A stretch of DNA of 64,000 nucleotides from contig JASANG010004131.1 in NCBI GenBank assembly GCA_030248215.1, positions 1-64,000 of the forward strand, written 5' to 3'. Positions 13,281-25,723 of the stretch are shown here, piece after piece. A program made the position numbers and the translations under genes. This DNA comes from Enoplolaimus lenunculus. Taxonomy: Eukaryota. The notes below the pieces were generated by a model. That model saw only the letters and a list, made by a program, of their open reading frames with translations. It was not told where the DNA came from and ran no database searches. Every line of letters begins with the position of its first letter. The first letter of the stretch is position 1.

Positions 13281-16200
13281 CAAAGTTCCAATATTTGAAA
13301 AACCTTTTGCTAAGACTGAACCAAACTACCAAAATTTAAAGTCTGTGCCAAAATTGAACCAAAGTGAAAAAATTTAAAAAATCTTTTGCTGAAATTGAAC
13401 CAATGCGCAAAATGTAAAAAATCTTTGCTAATATTGAACCGAACCACCAAAATTTAATAAACATTTTGCTAACATTGAACCAATGTACCGAAATTAAAAA
13501 ATCTTTTGGTAAAACTGAACCAAAGTCCAAAATTTAAAAACTATTTGATTAAAATTGAACCAAAGCACCAAAATTAAAAAATCTTTTGCTAAAAATTGAA
13601 CCAAAGTCCAGAATTTAAAACATCTTTGTTAAAATTGAACCAAAGCACTAAAATTTAAAAAACCTTTTGCTAAAATCGAACCAAAGTACCGAAATTAAAA
13701 AATCTTTTGTTAAAACTGAACCAAAGTCCAAAATTTAAAAACTAATTTGCTAAAATTGAACCAAAGCACCAAAATAAAAAATGGTTTGCTAAAATTGAAA
13801 AGGTTCCAAAATTTAAAAAATCTTATGCTAAAAGTGATAAAAAGTGCCAAATTTGATAAAATTGAACCAATGTCCAAAATTTTTTAAAATCTTTGCCAAA
13901 ATTGAACCAAAGTCAAAAAATTTAAATATCTTTTGCTAAAATTAAACCAATGAGCCAAAATTTAAAAAAATGTTTGCTAATATTAAACCAAAGCGCCAAA
14001 ATTTAATAAACATTTTGCTAAAATTGAACCAAAGTACCCAAATTACAATATCTTGCCAAAATTGATTCAAATTGCCAAAATTTACAAAATCTTTTGCTAG
14101 AAGCGAACCAAAGGGCCAAATTTGCTAAAATTGAACCAAAGTGCCAAAATTTGAAAACTCTTTGCTAAAATTGAACCAAAGTGAGTGCCAAAATTAAAAA
14201 AATTTTGCTAAAAGTAAACCAAAGTACCACATTTGCTAAAATTGAACCAAAGTGCCATATAAAATATCTTTGTAAAATTGAACCAAAGCTACACAATTTA
14301 AAAAACCTCTTGCCAAAGTTAAACCAAAGCACCGAAAATAAAAAATCTTTTGCTAAAAGTGAATCAAAGTACCTGCTAAAAGTGAACCAAAGTAACAAAT
14401 TTGTCAAAATTGAACCAAAGTGCCATAATTTAAATATCTTTGATAAAATTGAACCAAAGTCTAAAATTTAAAATCTTTGCTAAAATTGCACCAAGGTGCC
14501 ATAATTTAAATATCTTTGCTAAAACTGAACCAAAGTACCAAAATTTATAAATCTTATGCTACAATTGAAACAAAGTGGCAAAATTAAAATAATCTTTTGC
14601 TAAAAGTGAACCAAAGTACCAAATTTGCTAAAATTGAATCAATGCGCCAAAACTTAAAAAAAATTTTGCTAAAATTGAACCAAAGCACCAAAATTAAAAA
14701 ATCTTTTGCTAAAAGTGAACCAAAGTACCAAATTTGCTAAAATTCTACCAAAGTGCCAAAATTTAAAAAATCTTTGCTTAAATTGAAGCAAAGTCCGTAA
14801 TTTAAAAATCTTTGTTAAAATTGAACCAAAGTGCCAAAATTAATAAATCTTGTGCTAAAATTGAATCAAAGTTCCAAAATTTAAAAAATCTTTTGCTAAA
14901 AGTGAACCAAAGTACCAAATTTGCTAAAATTGAACCAATGCGCCAAATTTAAAAAATCTTTGCTAATATTGAACCAAAGTACCCAAATTACAATATCTTT
15001 TGCCAAAATTGATTCAAATTGCCGAAATTAACAAAATCTTTTGTTATAAGTGCACCAAAGGGCAAATTTGTTAAAATTGAACCAAAGTGCAAAAATTCGA
15101 AAACTTTTTGCTAAAATTGAACCAAAGCCCAGAATTTAAAAAACTTTGCTAAAACTGAACCGAAGTAACAAATTTGTCAAAATTGAACCAAATACCAAAT
15201 TTGCTAAAATTGAACCTAAGTGCCATAATTTAAAGATCTTTGCTAAAATTGAACCAAAGTCTAAAATTTAAAAATCTTTGCTAAAATTGAACCAATGCGC
15301 CAAATTTAAAAATTTTGGCTAATATTCATCCAAACCGCCAAAATTTAATAAACATTTTGCTAAAATTGAACCAAAGTACCGAAATTACTATATCTTTTGA
15401 CAAAATTGATTCAAATTGCTGAAATTAACAAAATCTTTTGTTAAAAGTGCACCAAAGGGCAAATTTGCTAAAATTGAACCGAAGTGCAAAAATTCGAAAA
15501 CAGTTTGATAAATTGAAGCAAAGCCCAGAATTTAAAAAATGTTTGCTAAAAGTGAACCAAAGTAACAAATTTGTCTCAAATTGAACCAAATACCAAATTT
15601 GCTAAAATTGAACCAAAGTGCCATAATTTAAATACCTTTGCTAAAAGTGAACCAAAGTAACAAATTTGTTAAAATTGAACCAATGCGCCAAAATTTAATA
15701 AACATTTTGCTAAAATTGAGCCCAAGTACCCAAAATACAATATCTTTTGCCAAAATTGATTCAAATTGCCAAAATTTACAAAATCTTTTGCTAAAAGTGA
15801 ACCAAAGGGCAAATTTGCTAAAATTGAACCAAAGCCCAGAATTTAAAAAATTTTTGCTAAAAGTGAACCAAATAACTAATTTGTCAAATTTAAACCAAAT
15901 ACCAAATTTGCTAAAATTGAACCAAAGTGCCATAATTTAAATATCTTTGCTAAAATTGAACCAAAGTGTAAAATTTAAAAATCTTTGTTAAATTGAACCA
16001 AAGTACCAAAATTAATAAATCTTGTGCTACAATTGAATCAAAGTGCCAAAATTAAAAAATCTTTTGCTAAAAGTGAACCAAAGTACCAAATTTGCTAAAA
16101 TTGAACCAATGCGCCAAATTTAAAAAAATTTTGCTATTATTGAACCAAACCGCCAAAATTTAATAAACATTTTGCTAAACGTGAACCAAAGTAACAAATT

Positions 16201-19024
16201 TGTCAAAATTGAACCAAATACCAAATTTGCTAAAATTGAACCAAAGTGCCATAATTTAAATATCTTTGCTAAAATTGAACCAAAGTCTAAAATTTAATAA
16301 TCTTTGCTAAAATTGAACCAAAGCACCAAAATTCAAAACTCTTGCTAAATTCAACCAAAGTACCAAAATGAAAAAATCTTTTGCTAAAAGTGAACCAAAG
16401 TACCAAATTTGTTAAAATTGAACTCATGCGCCAAAATTTAACAAATCTTTGCTAATATTGAACCAAACCGCCAAAATTTAATAAACATTTTGCTAAAATT
16501 GAGCCAAAGTACCCAAAATACAATATCTTTTGCCAAAATTGATTCAAATTGCCAAAATTTACAAAACCTTTTGCTAAAAGTGAACCAAAGGGCAAATTTG
16601 CTAAAATTGAACCAAAGCCCAGAATTTAAAAACTTTGCTAAAAGTGAACCTAATAACAAATTTGTCAAAATTTAACCACCAAATTTGCGAAAATTGAACC
16701 AAAGTGCCAAATTTATATATCTGCTAAAATTGAACCAAAGTCTAAAATTTAAAAATCTTTGTTAAATCGAACCAAAGCACCAAAATTTAAAACTCTTGCT
16801 GAAATTCAACCAAAGTACCAAAATGAAAAAATCTTTTGCTAAAAGTGAACCAAAGTAACAAATTTGTCAAAATTGAACCAAATACCAAATTTGCTAAAAT
16901 TGAACCAATGCGCCAAATTTAAAAAAATTTTGCTAATATTAAACCAAACCGCCAAAATTTAATAAACATTTTGCTAAACGTGAACCAAAGTAACATATTT
17001 GTCAAAATTGAACCAAATACCAAATTTGCCAAAATTGAACCAAAGTGCCATAATTTAAATATCTTTGCTAAAATTGAACCAAAGTCTAAAATTTAAAAAT
17101 CTTTGCTAAAATTGAACCAAAGCACCAAAATTCAAAACTCTTGCTAAAATTCAACCAACCAAAGCACCGAAAATAAAAAATCTTTTGCTAAAAGTGAACC
17201 AAAGTACCAAAATTGCTAAAATTGAATTAAAGCACAAAAATTTTAGAAATTTTTGCTAAAATTGAACCAAAGTCCAAAATTTGAAAATTCTTTGCCAAAA
17301 TTGAACCAAAGCCCAAAATTTAAAAAATCTTTGCTAAAAGTGAACCAAAGTAACAAATTTGTCAAAATTGAACCAAATACCAAATTTGCTAAAATTGAAC
17401 CAAAGTGCCATAATTTAAATATCTTTGCTAAAATTGAACCAAAGTCTAAAATTTAAAAATCTTTGTTAAAATTGAACCAAAACACCAAAATTTAAAAACC
17501 TTTTGCTAAAATGGAACCAAAGTACCAAATCTGCTAAAATTGAACCAAATTACCAAAATTTAAAAAATCTTCGCTAAAATTGAACCAAGGTCCAAAATTT
17601 AAAAACTATTTTAATACTAAAATTGAACCAAAGCACCAAATTTGCTAAAATTGAACCAAAGTGCCAAAATTTAAAAATTGTTTGCATAAATTGAACCAAA
17701 GTCCATACTTTAAAAATTTTTGTTAAAATTGAACCATAGCACCAAAATTTAAAAATCTTGTGCTAAAATTGAACCAAAGTACGAAAATTAAAAAATCTTA
17801 TGCTAAAAGTGAACCAAAGTATCAATTTGCTAAAATTGAACCAAACTCCAAAATTTTAAAAATCGTTGCCAAAATGAAATCAAGGTGAAAAATTTAAATA
17901 TCTTTTGCTAAAATTGAACAAATGCGCCAAAATTTAAAAAATTTTTGCTAGTATTGAATCAAACAGCCAAAATTTAATATACATTTTGCTAAAATGAACA
18001 AAGTACCCATATTAAATTATCGTTTGTCAAAATTGAATCAAATTGCGAAAATTTACAAAATCTTTTGCTAAAAAGTGAACCAAAGTGCCAAAATTTGAAA
18101 ACTCTTTGCTAAAAGTGAACCAAAGTAACAAATTTGTTAAAATTGAACCAAAGTGTCATAATTAAAAAAATCTTTGTTAAATTAAACCAAAGCCTAAAAT
18201 TTAAAATCTTTGTTAAAATTGAACCAAAGCACCAAAATTTAAAAAACCCTTTGATAAAATTGAACCAAAGTTGCGAAATTAAAAAATCTTTTGCTACAAC
18301 TGAAAAAGTGCCAAAATTTAAAATATCTTTTGGTAAAAGTGAACCAGAGTACCAAATTAGCTAAAATTGAACTAAACTGCAAAAATTTAGAAAATCTTTG
18401 CTTAAATTGAACCAAAGACCAAAATTTAAAAACTATTTTGGTAAAATTGAACCAAAGCACCAAAATTAAAAAAATCTTTTGCTAAAATTGAAAAAGTGCC
18501 AAAATTTAAAATATCTTTTGCTAAAAGTGAACCAAAGTACCAAATTAGCTAAAATTGAACTAAACTGCAAAAATTTAGAAAATCTTTGCTTAAATTGAAC
18601 CAAAGTCCATAATTTAAAAATCCTTTTTAAAATTGAACCATAGCACCAAAATTTATAAATTTTCTGCTAAAATTGAACCAAAGCGCGGAAATTAAAAAAT
18701 CTTATGCTAAAAGTGAACCAAAGTACCAAATTAGCTAAAATTAAACAAAGCACCAAAATTGAAAAATCTTTTACTAAAATTGAATCAAAGTGCCAAAATT
18801 TAAAAATCTTTGATAAAATTGAACCAAAACACCGAAATTAAAAGATCTTTTGTTAAAAGTGAACATAAGTACAATATTTAAAAAATCTTTTGCTAAAAGT
18901 AAACCAAAGTAAGTACCCAATTTGCTACAATTTAACCATTGTACCAAAATATTAAAAATCTTTTGCTAAAATCGGATCAAAGTGCCAAAACTTAAAACCT
19001 CTTTTGCTAAAATTGAACCAAAGT
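13281..19024. repeat. Satellite array of mixed ~40-bp and ~28-bp units sharing the core TTTGCTAAAATTGAACCAAAG
   Basis: Core repeated continuously over 5.7 kb (roughly 150 units by estimate); variant units recur in ordered blocks. Confidence 0.97.
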
Positions 19025-20907
19025 CGCCAATAGATGAAAAGTATATCGATGTTAACACGGATTCAAACACTTTGCAGCGCGCAATTAGTCAATTTTAAAT
19101 TTCAAAAAATATCAACAATGCACTTTAAAACTAAAATTTCGGAGCATGAAAAGCATATCATAATTTTAATCTCTCCTATTTAGATTTTAATGTTATATCA
19201 ACAAGCAGCCCCTAAAAGCGGCAATCGAGACGGAGTAAAACCAAACGACGCATGAGCGAATTCTTTAAAAAAATTTTATTCATATGTGATAATTACGCGA
19301 AATCTATTGAGTTTATATTACCAACTATTAATTCGACATTTCGCGGTTCGCAAAACTGGTAAGCAAGAGCTTACGGTCAAGACTCAAGCTTTTTATCACT
19401 AAACTGTCGTAATTTAACTATATTATATCCCAGAAGAAAGCTCATGTCAGCTATAAATTTTGAACTGGTCGCAAATTCTGCCAAACCATTGAAATTTTCA
19501 AACTGAATGTACAAACCATTTTTGCTACTTATGGTAGAAGTTCAACTTAAATTACAGCTCCAATACAAAATTGAAGAAATACCGAGACACCTCACTGCAA
19601 ATTGATAGGTTCAAAACCACCATTTCGGGATCCACAGTCAATCCCATAAACCAATGAACTATCTGGACGCAATAATTTCTGCGAATAGAAAATTTTTTTC
19701 TTAGTACTGAAATGAAAATATATATGCGTTAAATATTTTCATATTCAGTATATATCAAAATACTCTACCACGTACTTATATAAATTTTAAGGATTTTAAA
19801 CGTTAAAAGATCAAAAATAGGTTTAGTGAAAACAGTACGGACCAATGCAGACTACACGAGGATTGTTTTTTAAAAGGATTTTCAAAAAGCTTTTCAAAAA
19901 ATTTGTTTTTCCACTTATTGGTGATAAAAACAAACGGGACGTGCTTCATGCCGGCTCAAAAATTACTGGTTTCTCTAAAATATCTGTTGGTACAATGGCA
20001 CTAAATACTATTTTAGTACAATTTAGATAAATTAATCACGAACCAAAATTATAATGCAAGCTCAAGTATAATATAACCGGATTGACAAAGACAAATACAA
20101 CAAAGACTAACAAACAACAAACCATATATAAATAAACAATGACACAAAAGTTTACAGAAGTTTGTTTTCTGTGCTTTAAACAAAAAATATGAATACACAA
20201 AATCTGATTCATCTTTAAAAAATTAAAATATTTTCGTTAAAATTCAAAACAATCGAGAGCGTTAAAACACCTCAAATCATTTTTCAAAACATTCACAATA
20301 GCACTCACCTTATTTATGCTCCAATACTCAAATCGCTTGCCAAGCATTAGTTCGTAAACGGATAGTAAAAGTATCGGAAACGGTAACAAATCGTATAAGA
20401 AAAGGAACAAATAGAAATCAACTATGAAGTATATAAAGTTGGTCGATTTTTCTTCTTTCTGGGCCAATATAGCTCAGATATACTTGGGTTTTATTGCAGA
20501 TGTTCAAAGACGTACTTATCGCCTCACATCCCATATATGGCATTGGTAGCCCGTTCATTCACCCAGGGGACACTTTACAAAGAATCAAAATCTGATCGTA
20601 TGTGGGTGGGACATTTAAGTGAATACGGAAAATTTTCAAACCAAAAGGTTTACTATTGTGGTTTTGAAAAATTTTGTTGTTTTATTCAGATTTCTGCTTC
20701 AGTTTGAATTCAAGTTGCATAAATATGTTAATACAAATAATGTACTTACATGAACAAAATAGTCGAACTCATGATGCGCGGAGCTTACCAATCCTGTAGT
20801 TATGAACAACTATACGGGGACGAATTGAACATAGCAATCAAATCAATATTAAACGTTAATATTTTTTGTAACCGAAACTATTAACTTAACGGCTCATGTC
20901 ACTTAAA

Positions 20908-21065
20908 GGGGCGTCCAGGTTTCTGGTGGTTGCATTAAAAAAGTACGTTTAGGTTTTGGATTATATTTTTTTTGCTTAGGCTTAGGTTTAAGCTTAGGCT
21001 TGGGCTTAGAAACTCATTTTTGCCGCGCTTAGGCTTAGTCCCAGGCTTAGGAATACACTTAAATA
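20908..21065 (+). mobile_element. Kolobok-like TTAGGC MITE copy
   Basis: ggggcgtccaggtttctggtggtt...ttaggc repeats...aggaatacactt. Confidence 0.65.
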
Positions 21066-21295
21066 AAATTTGCGGAGTAATTGTACAATTCTTCTTCTTT
21101 GATTATTTTCTTTTGTAGCAGATTTTTAGATTTTTGTCCAGGGCTATCTTAAATGGAAATTTGTTGCAGAATTTCTATGAAAAAATACAAAGTCAGATTT
21201 TGGTTTAGTAATATTCACAACGCTAATTCGGCACACGTACGGTGCATCTATATGCCTGTGCTACATGAGACGTAAATTAGAGCGCACTTGCAGGT

Positions 21296-21390
21296 AACGT
21301 TGTGGCGCAGTGGGCTAGAAAGGCTGGTTTAGAAAAGGAATCTTCGATGACTTATGCTTGGTTGTAGCGGTTCGATTCCAGTTGGGGCTT
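21296..21390 (+). mobile_element. tRNA-derived SINE-like remnant
   Basis: A box TGGCGCAGTGG and B box GGTTCGATTCC with long spacing. Weaker remnants on the minus strand at about 30165-30228 and 38475-38530. Confidence 0.45.
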
Positions 21391-22143
21391 TGATATTTGA
21401 ATTGGTGTCACAGTGGCAGGTCCATGTATGTCAAATAGTGCAAGGACGTTTGACAAGTTACATTTTTACAAAGTTAACGTTTTTATTCATTTTTATGGTG
21501 TATGAAAAGCGTTTGTATTGAATTGTACGCAGTGTTAAAGTAGCAACGATGCGCTATGAATAGTAGTGGTAATTTGCACAATTTTAGTACCTGTACGTAT
21601 TAAACCGCCAAGAGAATTTACCGGTTATCTTTGACGGCTTGCATAGGTAGAAATTTATGTATACTTCACACCGAAGTACAGTCTTTAGGTCTCTCTCCAC
21701 CTTCCGTTTTTACAGAAAGCTGACATCCTGCTCCGAAAGAATTTCTGTCGGAGGTTTCGGCAATTTTAGTAGCGAAATTTTGTAGTTTTAGTAGTAAAAT
21801 GCTGCCGTTGGGTTATTTTAGGTACATCTATCGATACAATATCGAGGAATACATTGACACGAATTCTTAAAAATGTGCCTAACACTAAAATTTTTGACAA
21901 ACAGTTGACTAATTTTTGTAAAAATTAGGAAATTTGAGATTATTGTAGGTACCAAATATTTTTTACCTCCGGATAAATCTACGGCTCTGGCTTTACCTCC
22001 ACATTTTATTTTGAGTTTTTTAACTGTTCATACAGCTTACGCTTACCCCGTTTCCCTGAGCCTTTCATGTGCTGCCGGTGTTCGTATTAATACCAGAAAT
22101 TTGTCGTCAAATTTTAAAAACCAGTATAGCAGGTTTATGTAAT

Positions 22144-22303
22144 GTATACGTCGTAGGCCAATCTGCTATTCAGGTCCATTACTACTTGGCCTAGCCCAAT
22201 CTACTGTTTTATGTAACAGTTTGACCTGCACTAAACTGCTATAGAACTTGGCCTAGGCCAATTGGTAATTGTCCTGAATAACAGATTGGCCTACAACATA
22301 TAC
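22144..22303. mobile_element. Palindromic MITE, ~160 bp
   Basis: ~55-bp imperfect inverted arms (gtaggccaatctgctattcagg... / ...cctgaataacagattggcctac). Confidence 0.7.
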
Positions 22304-24070
22304 GTATAACGAACTATTAAAGGTTGTTCATTTAATATATATCCGCATAAATCAGTCGACCAGACCGCTGATAAAATTCCAACGCAACCTCCGTCATCCA
22401 ACCACCTTGGATTCTTCCTAAAGAATTCAATATTCAATGGCAGATTTCAGAAGACCCATCAAGGTCTAGCGACAATCCAAACGAAGAAGTTGTTCCACAG
22501 TTATATCTGCTGCGGGGCCCCACTTGAAAATTTCTGGATCAGTCACGGTCTGAAAACGCTACTGATTTTAATATTCAAAAGAAAGCTTTGATTTTTCGCG
22601 GTTTGATTTGAAACATTAATGTCGGCTGAGCATAGGTACCGTCAATTGTTACTTTGAAGAATTCATAGATTGTTATATTATTTTATTGCTCGTTCATGCC
22701 TTTTCAAAATGCTTTTTTCTTACCGCTAAAAAGGGTCCATGTTCAGAGACGCAAGTAATTTTTTTGCAGGGCAACCAAATAGGTGCGGTCCAGCTAACCT
22801 ATATGTGGTGAAGCGTCACATCCGACAAAAATTTAATCTTTGGCGCACAAAAGCGAGCGAGAAGCTAGCGCAATTTTTACAGTGTATCGATGTTAGTCAC
22901 TTGATTTACGTTACAAAAACACATTATTCGTAAGTTTGAAAACAAACCATTCAGTAAAAATGTAACACCGGATAATATTGCACACGTTACACCTATCATC
23001 GGTAAAACTAGTTTGTTTACAGATGGGTGATCGTGATCAGGGAATCAAAACGTTCTTGTCTGTACGAAATCATTGTAGTCAAGATTGTATAATCACATAT
23101 TTCTTTATGGTTTCGTCGTAATTTATCTTAAGATTTCATTCAGAAAACTTATGAGAACATGTTGTTCCAAGCCAAAGAAACATATAACCTCTATGGGAAC
23201 AGGGAAGAATGTCTTTAAATGCTATAAGTTAGGCTGTACTCCAAACAATTCTGCTGAAATCTATGTGAAAAGAATTCTATCAAAACGTGGCAAAGGTGAG
23301 CAAAAATTTGAGATCGCAGAGTGAAAACGCCATATGGTAAATTTACCAGCGAGTAAAAATATAATAATACCATATTGCATTTTTTACTGCCAGGAGTAAA
23401 AATCCTATGACGGGAGTAAAGATACAGTATGATACATTTTCCTGGTAGGAGTAAAAAAATGCAATATGGTATTTTTATGGTGTTTTTCTCGCTGAGCAAG
23501 AATTCTATAAAAAATACAATATTACACCGGTCAGTCCTGACATCTTTTAGTGTGAGGTAGGCCTTCTAAAATGCTATATATACAAATAAGGCTACTTTTA
23601 TACAAATTATTTTAAATACAAGACTATATCGTAAAGTTTGGCTGGCTGTTTTATCTTTTAGAAACAAATGAAAGTGTTTTGACCTTGTCGCAAAACCAGC
23701 TGAAAACTCCATAATTTTCATATTAACATAATACTGCAAGAATAAATTTATTTTGGTATAGGCATTTTTTCCATCTCTTTGTAGGTTTATCTTGTTCAGT
23801 TAACTTTGTATTCTTCGTGTAAAAGTTTTAACAATGTTTACTCATCGACATTTATTCAAAACACCAATTCAGACGATTAAATTGCAACAAAAGTTTATCC
23901 GGCTGTTGTCATAAACTTGCATTTATTTAAATTAATTATTTTGTTCCATCGGCGGTCTCGAATCCGCCTTCAGATCGGCCTTTAACTTTAACACTACTTC
24001 GGCTCCAGCTTCAGTTTTTATTAGTTTATTTTTTGTTCCGAACCAGGTTTCGTCTAGTAACTGCTGGCTA

Positions 24071-24236
24071 CAGGCCCGTAGCCAGCTCACGTTGCTAGGA
24101 GGGGCTGAAAATTTTTCAGGAGGGGTATTCAAAGGTTTTCAATGAATGACAAGCAAGGTTAAAATTTTGCTAGTGGTGGCAAAATTTTTCCGGAGAGGGG
24201 GCTGAGCCACCCTGGCCGCTCCTTGGCTGCAGCTTG
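24071..24236. mobile_element. hAT-like MITE family B
   Basis: caggcccgtagccagc...; flanks tgctggc duplicated. Confidence 0.8.
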
Positions 24237-24719
24237 TGCTGGCAGCAGAATGAAACCAAGAAACACTGTTGCTAAAATGACTTTTTCTAACAGTTATAAC
24301 CTGTTCTTGTTGCCTAATTTCGCATTGTAAAAACCGCAACAATAATCATATTTCAAGATTTATTTTACAGAAATTAATTTTTCTTGTCATTCGCTGTGTA
24401 ATTTTAGTCGAATACAACGGTCCACAACATACCCCACAACCAGGTTAATTTGGTCATGAATGAAAATGGAACCTTGTTGTCAAATCACCCCCCCCCCCTT
24501 CAACAAACCTTAGTGGATAAAACCCTATTTTCTCTATGGTTCAGCTTATGTTTTTAGAATACGGTATTAAAACAAATTGTTCATCTGATCCATTAAGTTG
24601 AATGTAAGGCATATACGGACCAAGCAAGCATTTGGTAAATTTTGTTTTGCGTCTTAACAAACAACATGCAGAAATAGTTGTCCACTTCAAATTTTGGGCC
24701 CCATGCTCTCAAATGGGTA

Positions 24720-25230
24720 TGGAACCTATCATCAGTTAGCGATAGGTTTTCAAACTGACGAATATCTGCAATTGCATATCTGAAAATTTGTACAGAAGTA
24801 AAGCAAATCAAATACGAACAATGTGCTCAATTTCGAACATCACCATGCGCTGGTTTCGTATCACTAACTGGTGATAGGTGCTACACACATTTGTGAGAAT
24901 ACAGGCTCTGATCAGTGCACTGTTTATCTGAACGAATTCTGTGCGTCGATTGATTGGCCAGTTGCAATCAACTGAAATACTGCAGAACCACACCAGGCGT
25001 TGATCCAACTCAACCTGCTAGCTTGGAGCAGGGATTAAACTTTTCAGTCGTGGCATACAAGGATTCGTATACCTAATAACCGAGGCTAGAGATTTCAATG
25101 GAGGTCAACATTTTTCCAGGGATGGGTTGAGTCTCCGCACAACGCGTCAAATAAGCAGTGTGTTCAGATCAAGATATTTTCGCCCAGCGAAAGTCTGCTT
25201 GGTTTTCAATTGCTTTGTATAGTACTGGTA
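24720..25230 (-). pseudogene. Decayed paralogue of the 43.9-44.5 kb unit (membrane microprotein plus its 3' flank)
   Basis: Near-identical block CTGGT(G/T)ATAGGTGCTACACACATTTG(TG)AGAATA at 24868-24901 and 44152-44183. Collinear matches on both sides, e.g. ttggttttcaattgct vs ttggtttacagttgct, and LGIR/SLYAT vs LAIRSFCAV across a frameshift. Stops and indels are present and no start codon is visible. Confidence 0.5.
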
Positions 25231-25459
25231 AATCGTTTTTTAACCTTCTTTAGAATAGCATCACTGCCGGACGTATTTCTATTGATACAACTTCTGCTTG
25301 AAACGTATATACGCTTGATGTACTACGACAATTTCAGAGTTTTGAGTTTTAGTATTTTTAGGTTTTTCAATTTCTTAAATTGAAATATCAAAAATTCTTA
25401 TTTGACCAAAACTGATAATAGTATATATGTACAACTTTATCATTGATTCGTATTACAAT

Positions 25460-25723
25460 CACTAGTGGATCCATAGTCGGAGCGGGGGGGCGTACGTTCC
25501 CATTAGAAATTTTTGTTACAACGGTAAGGTCCCTACCTTACAGTTTTTTACAATCTTTCCCGCAGAATTTTTTGAGATATAATAGTACGGTCCTACCTTA
25601 CAATTTTTCGCCCACAGCAAATTTCTTGTGATAAAGTGATTAGGTTCCTACCTTACAATTTTTACATTTCACGACATTTGCCAGCCCGCCCCCCTGCGTC
25701 AGAAATTTTTGGATCCGCCTCTG
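25460..25723. mobile_element. Family A-related MITE with three internal ggtccctaccttacaattttt repeats
   Basis: gtggatcc...ggatccgcctctg termini. Other related degenerate copies at about 32745, 34538 and 46360. Confidence 0.6.

Noticed and set aside
13281..19024. CRISPR-like repeat-spacer array; ORFs such as 14181-14471 and 15638-15940
   Set aside because: Inter-core segments are variants of each other rather than unique spacers, there are no cas genes and the context is eukaryotic. The ORFs are translations of the satellite.
22381..22527. PPWILP peptide reminiscent of I-clade LINE RNase H linker
   Set aside because: Single short motif with no flanking RT or RNase H residues.
23364..23472. 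Imperfect inverted repeat as a pre-miRNA
   Set aside because: AT-rich arms with internal ggagtaaa repeats and a large loop look like a decayed MITE.
23553..23575. let-7-like TGAGGTAG
   Set aside because: Only the first 8 nt match; no matching 3' half or hairpin.
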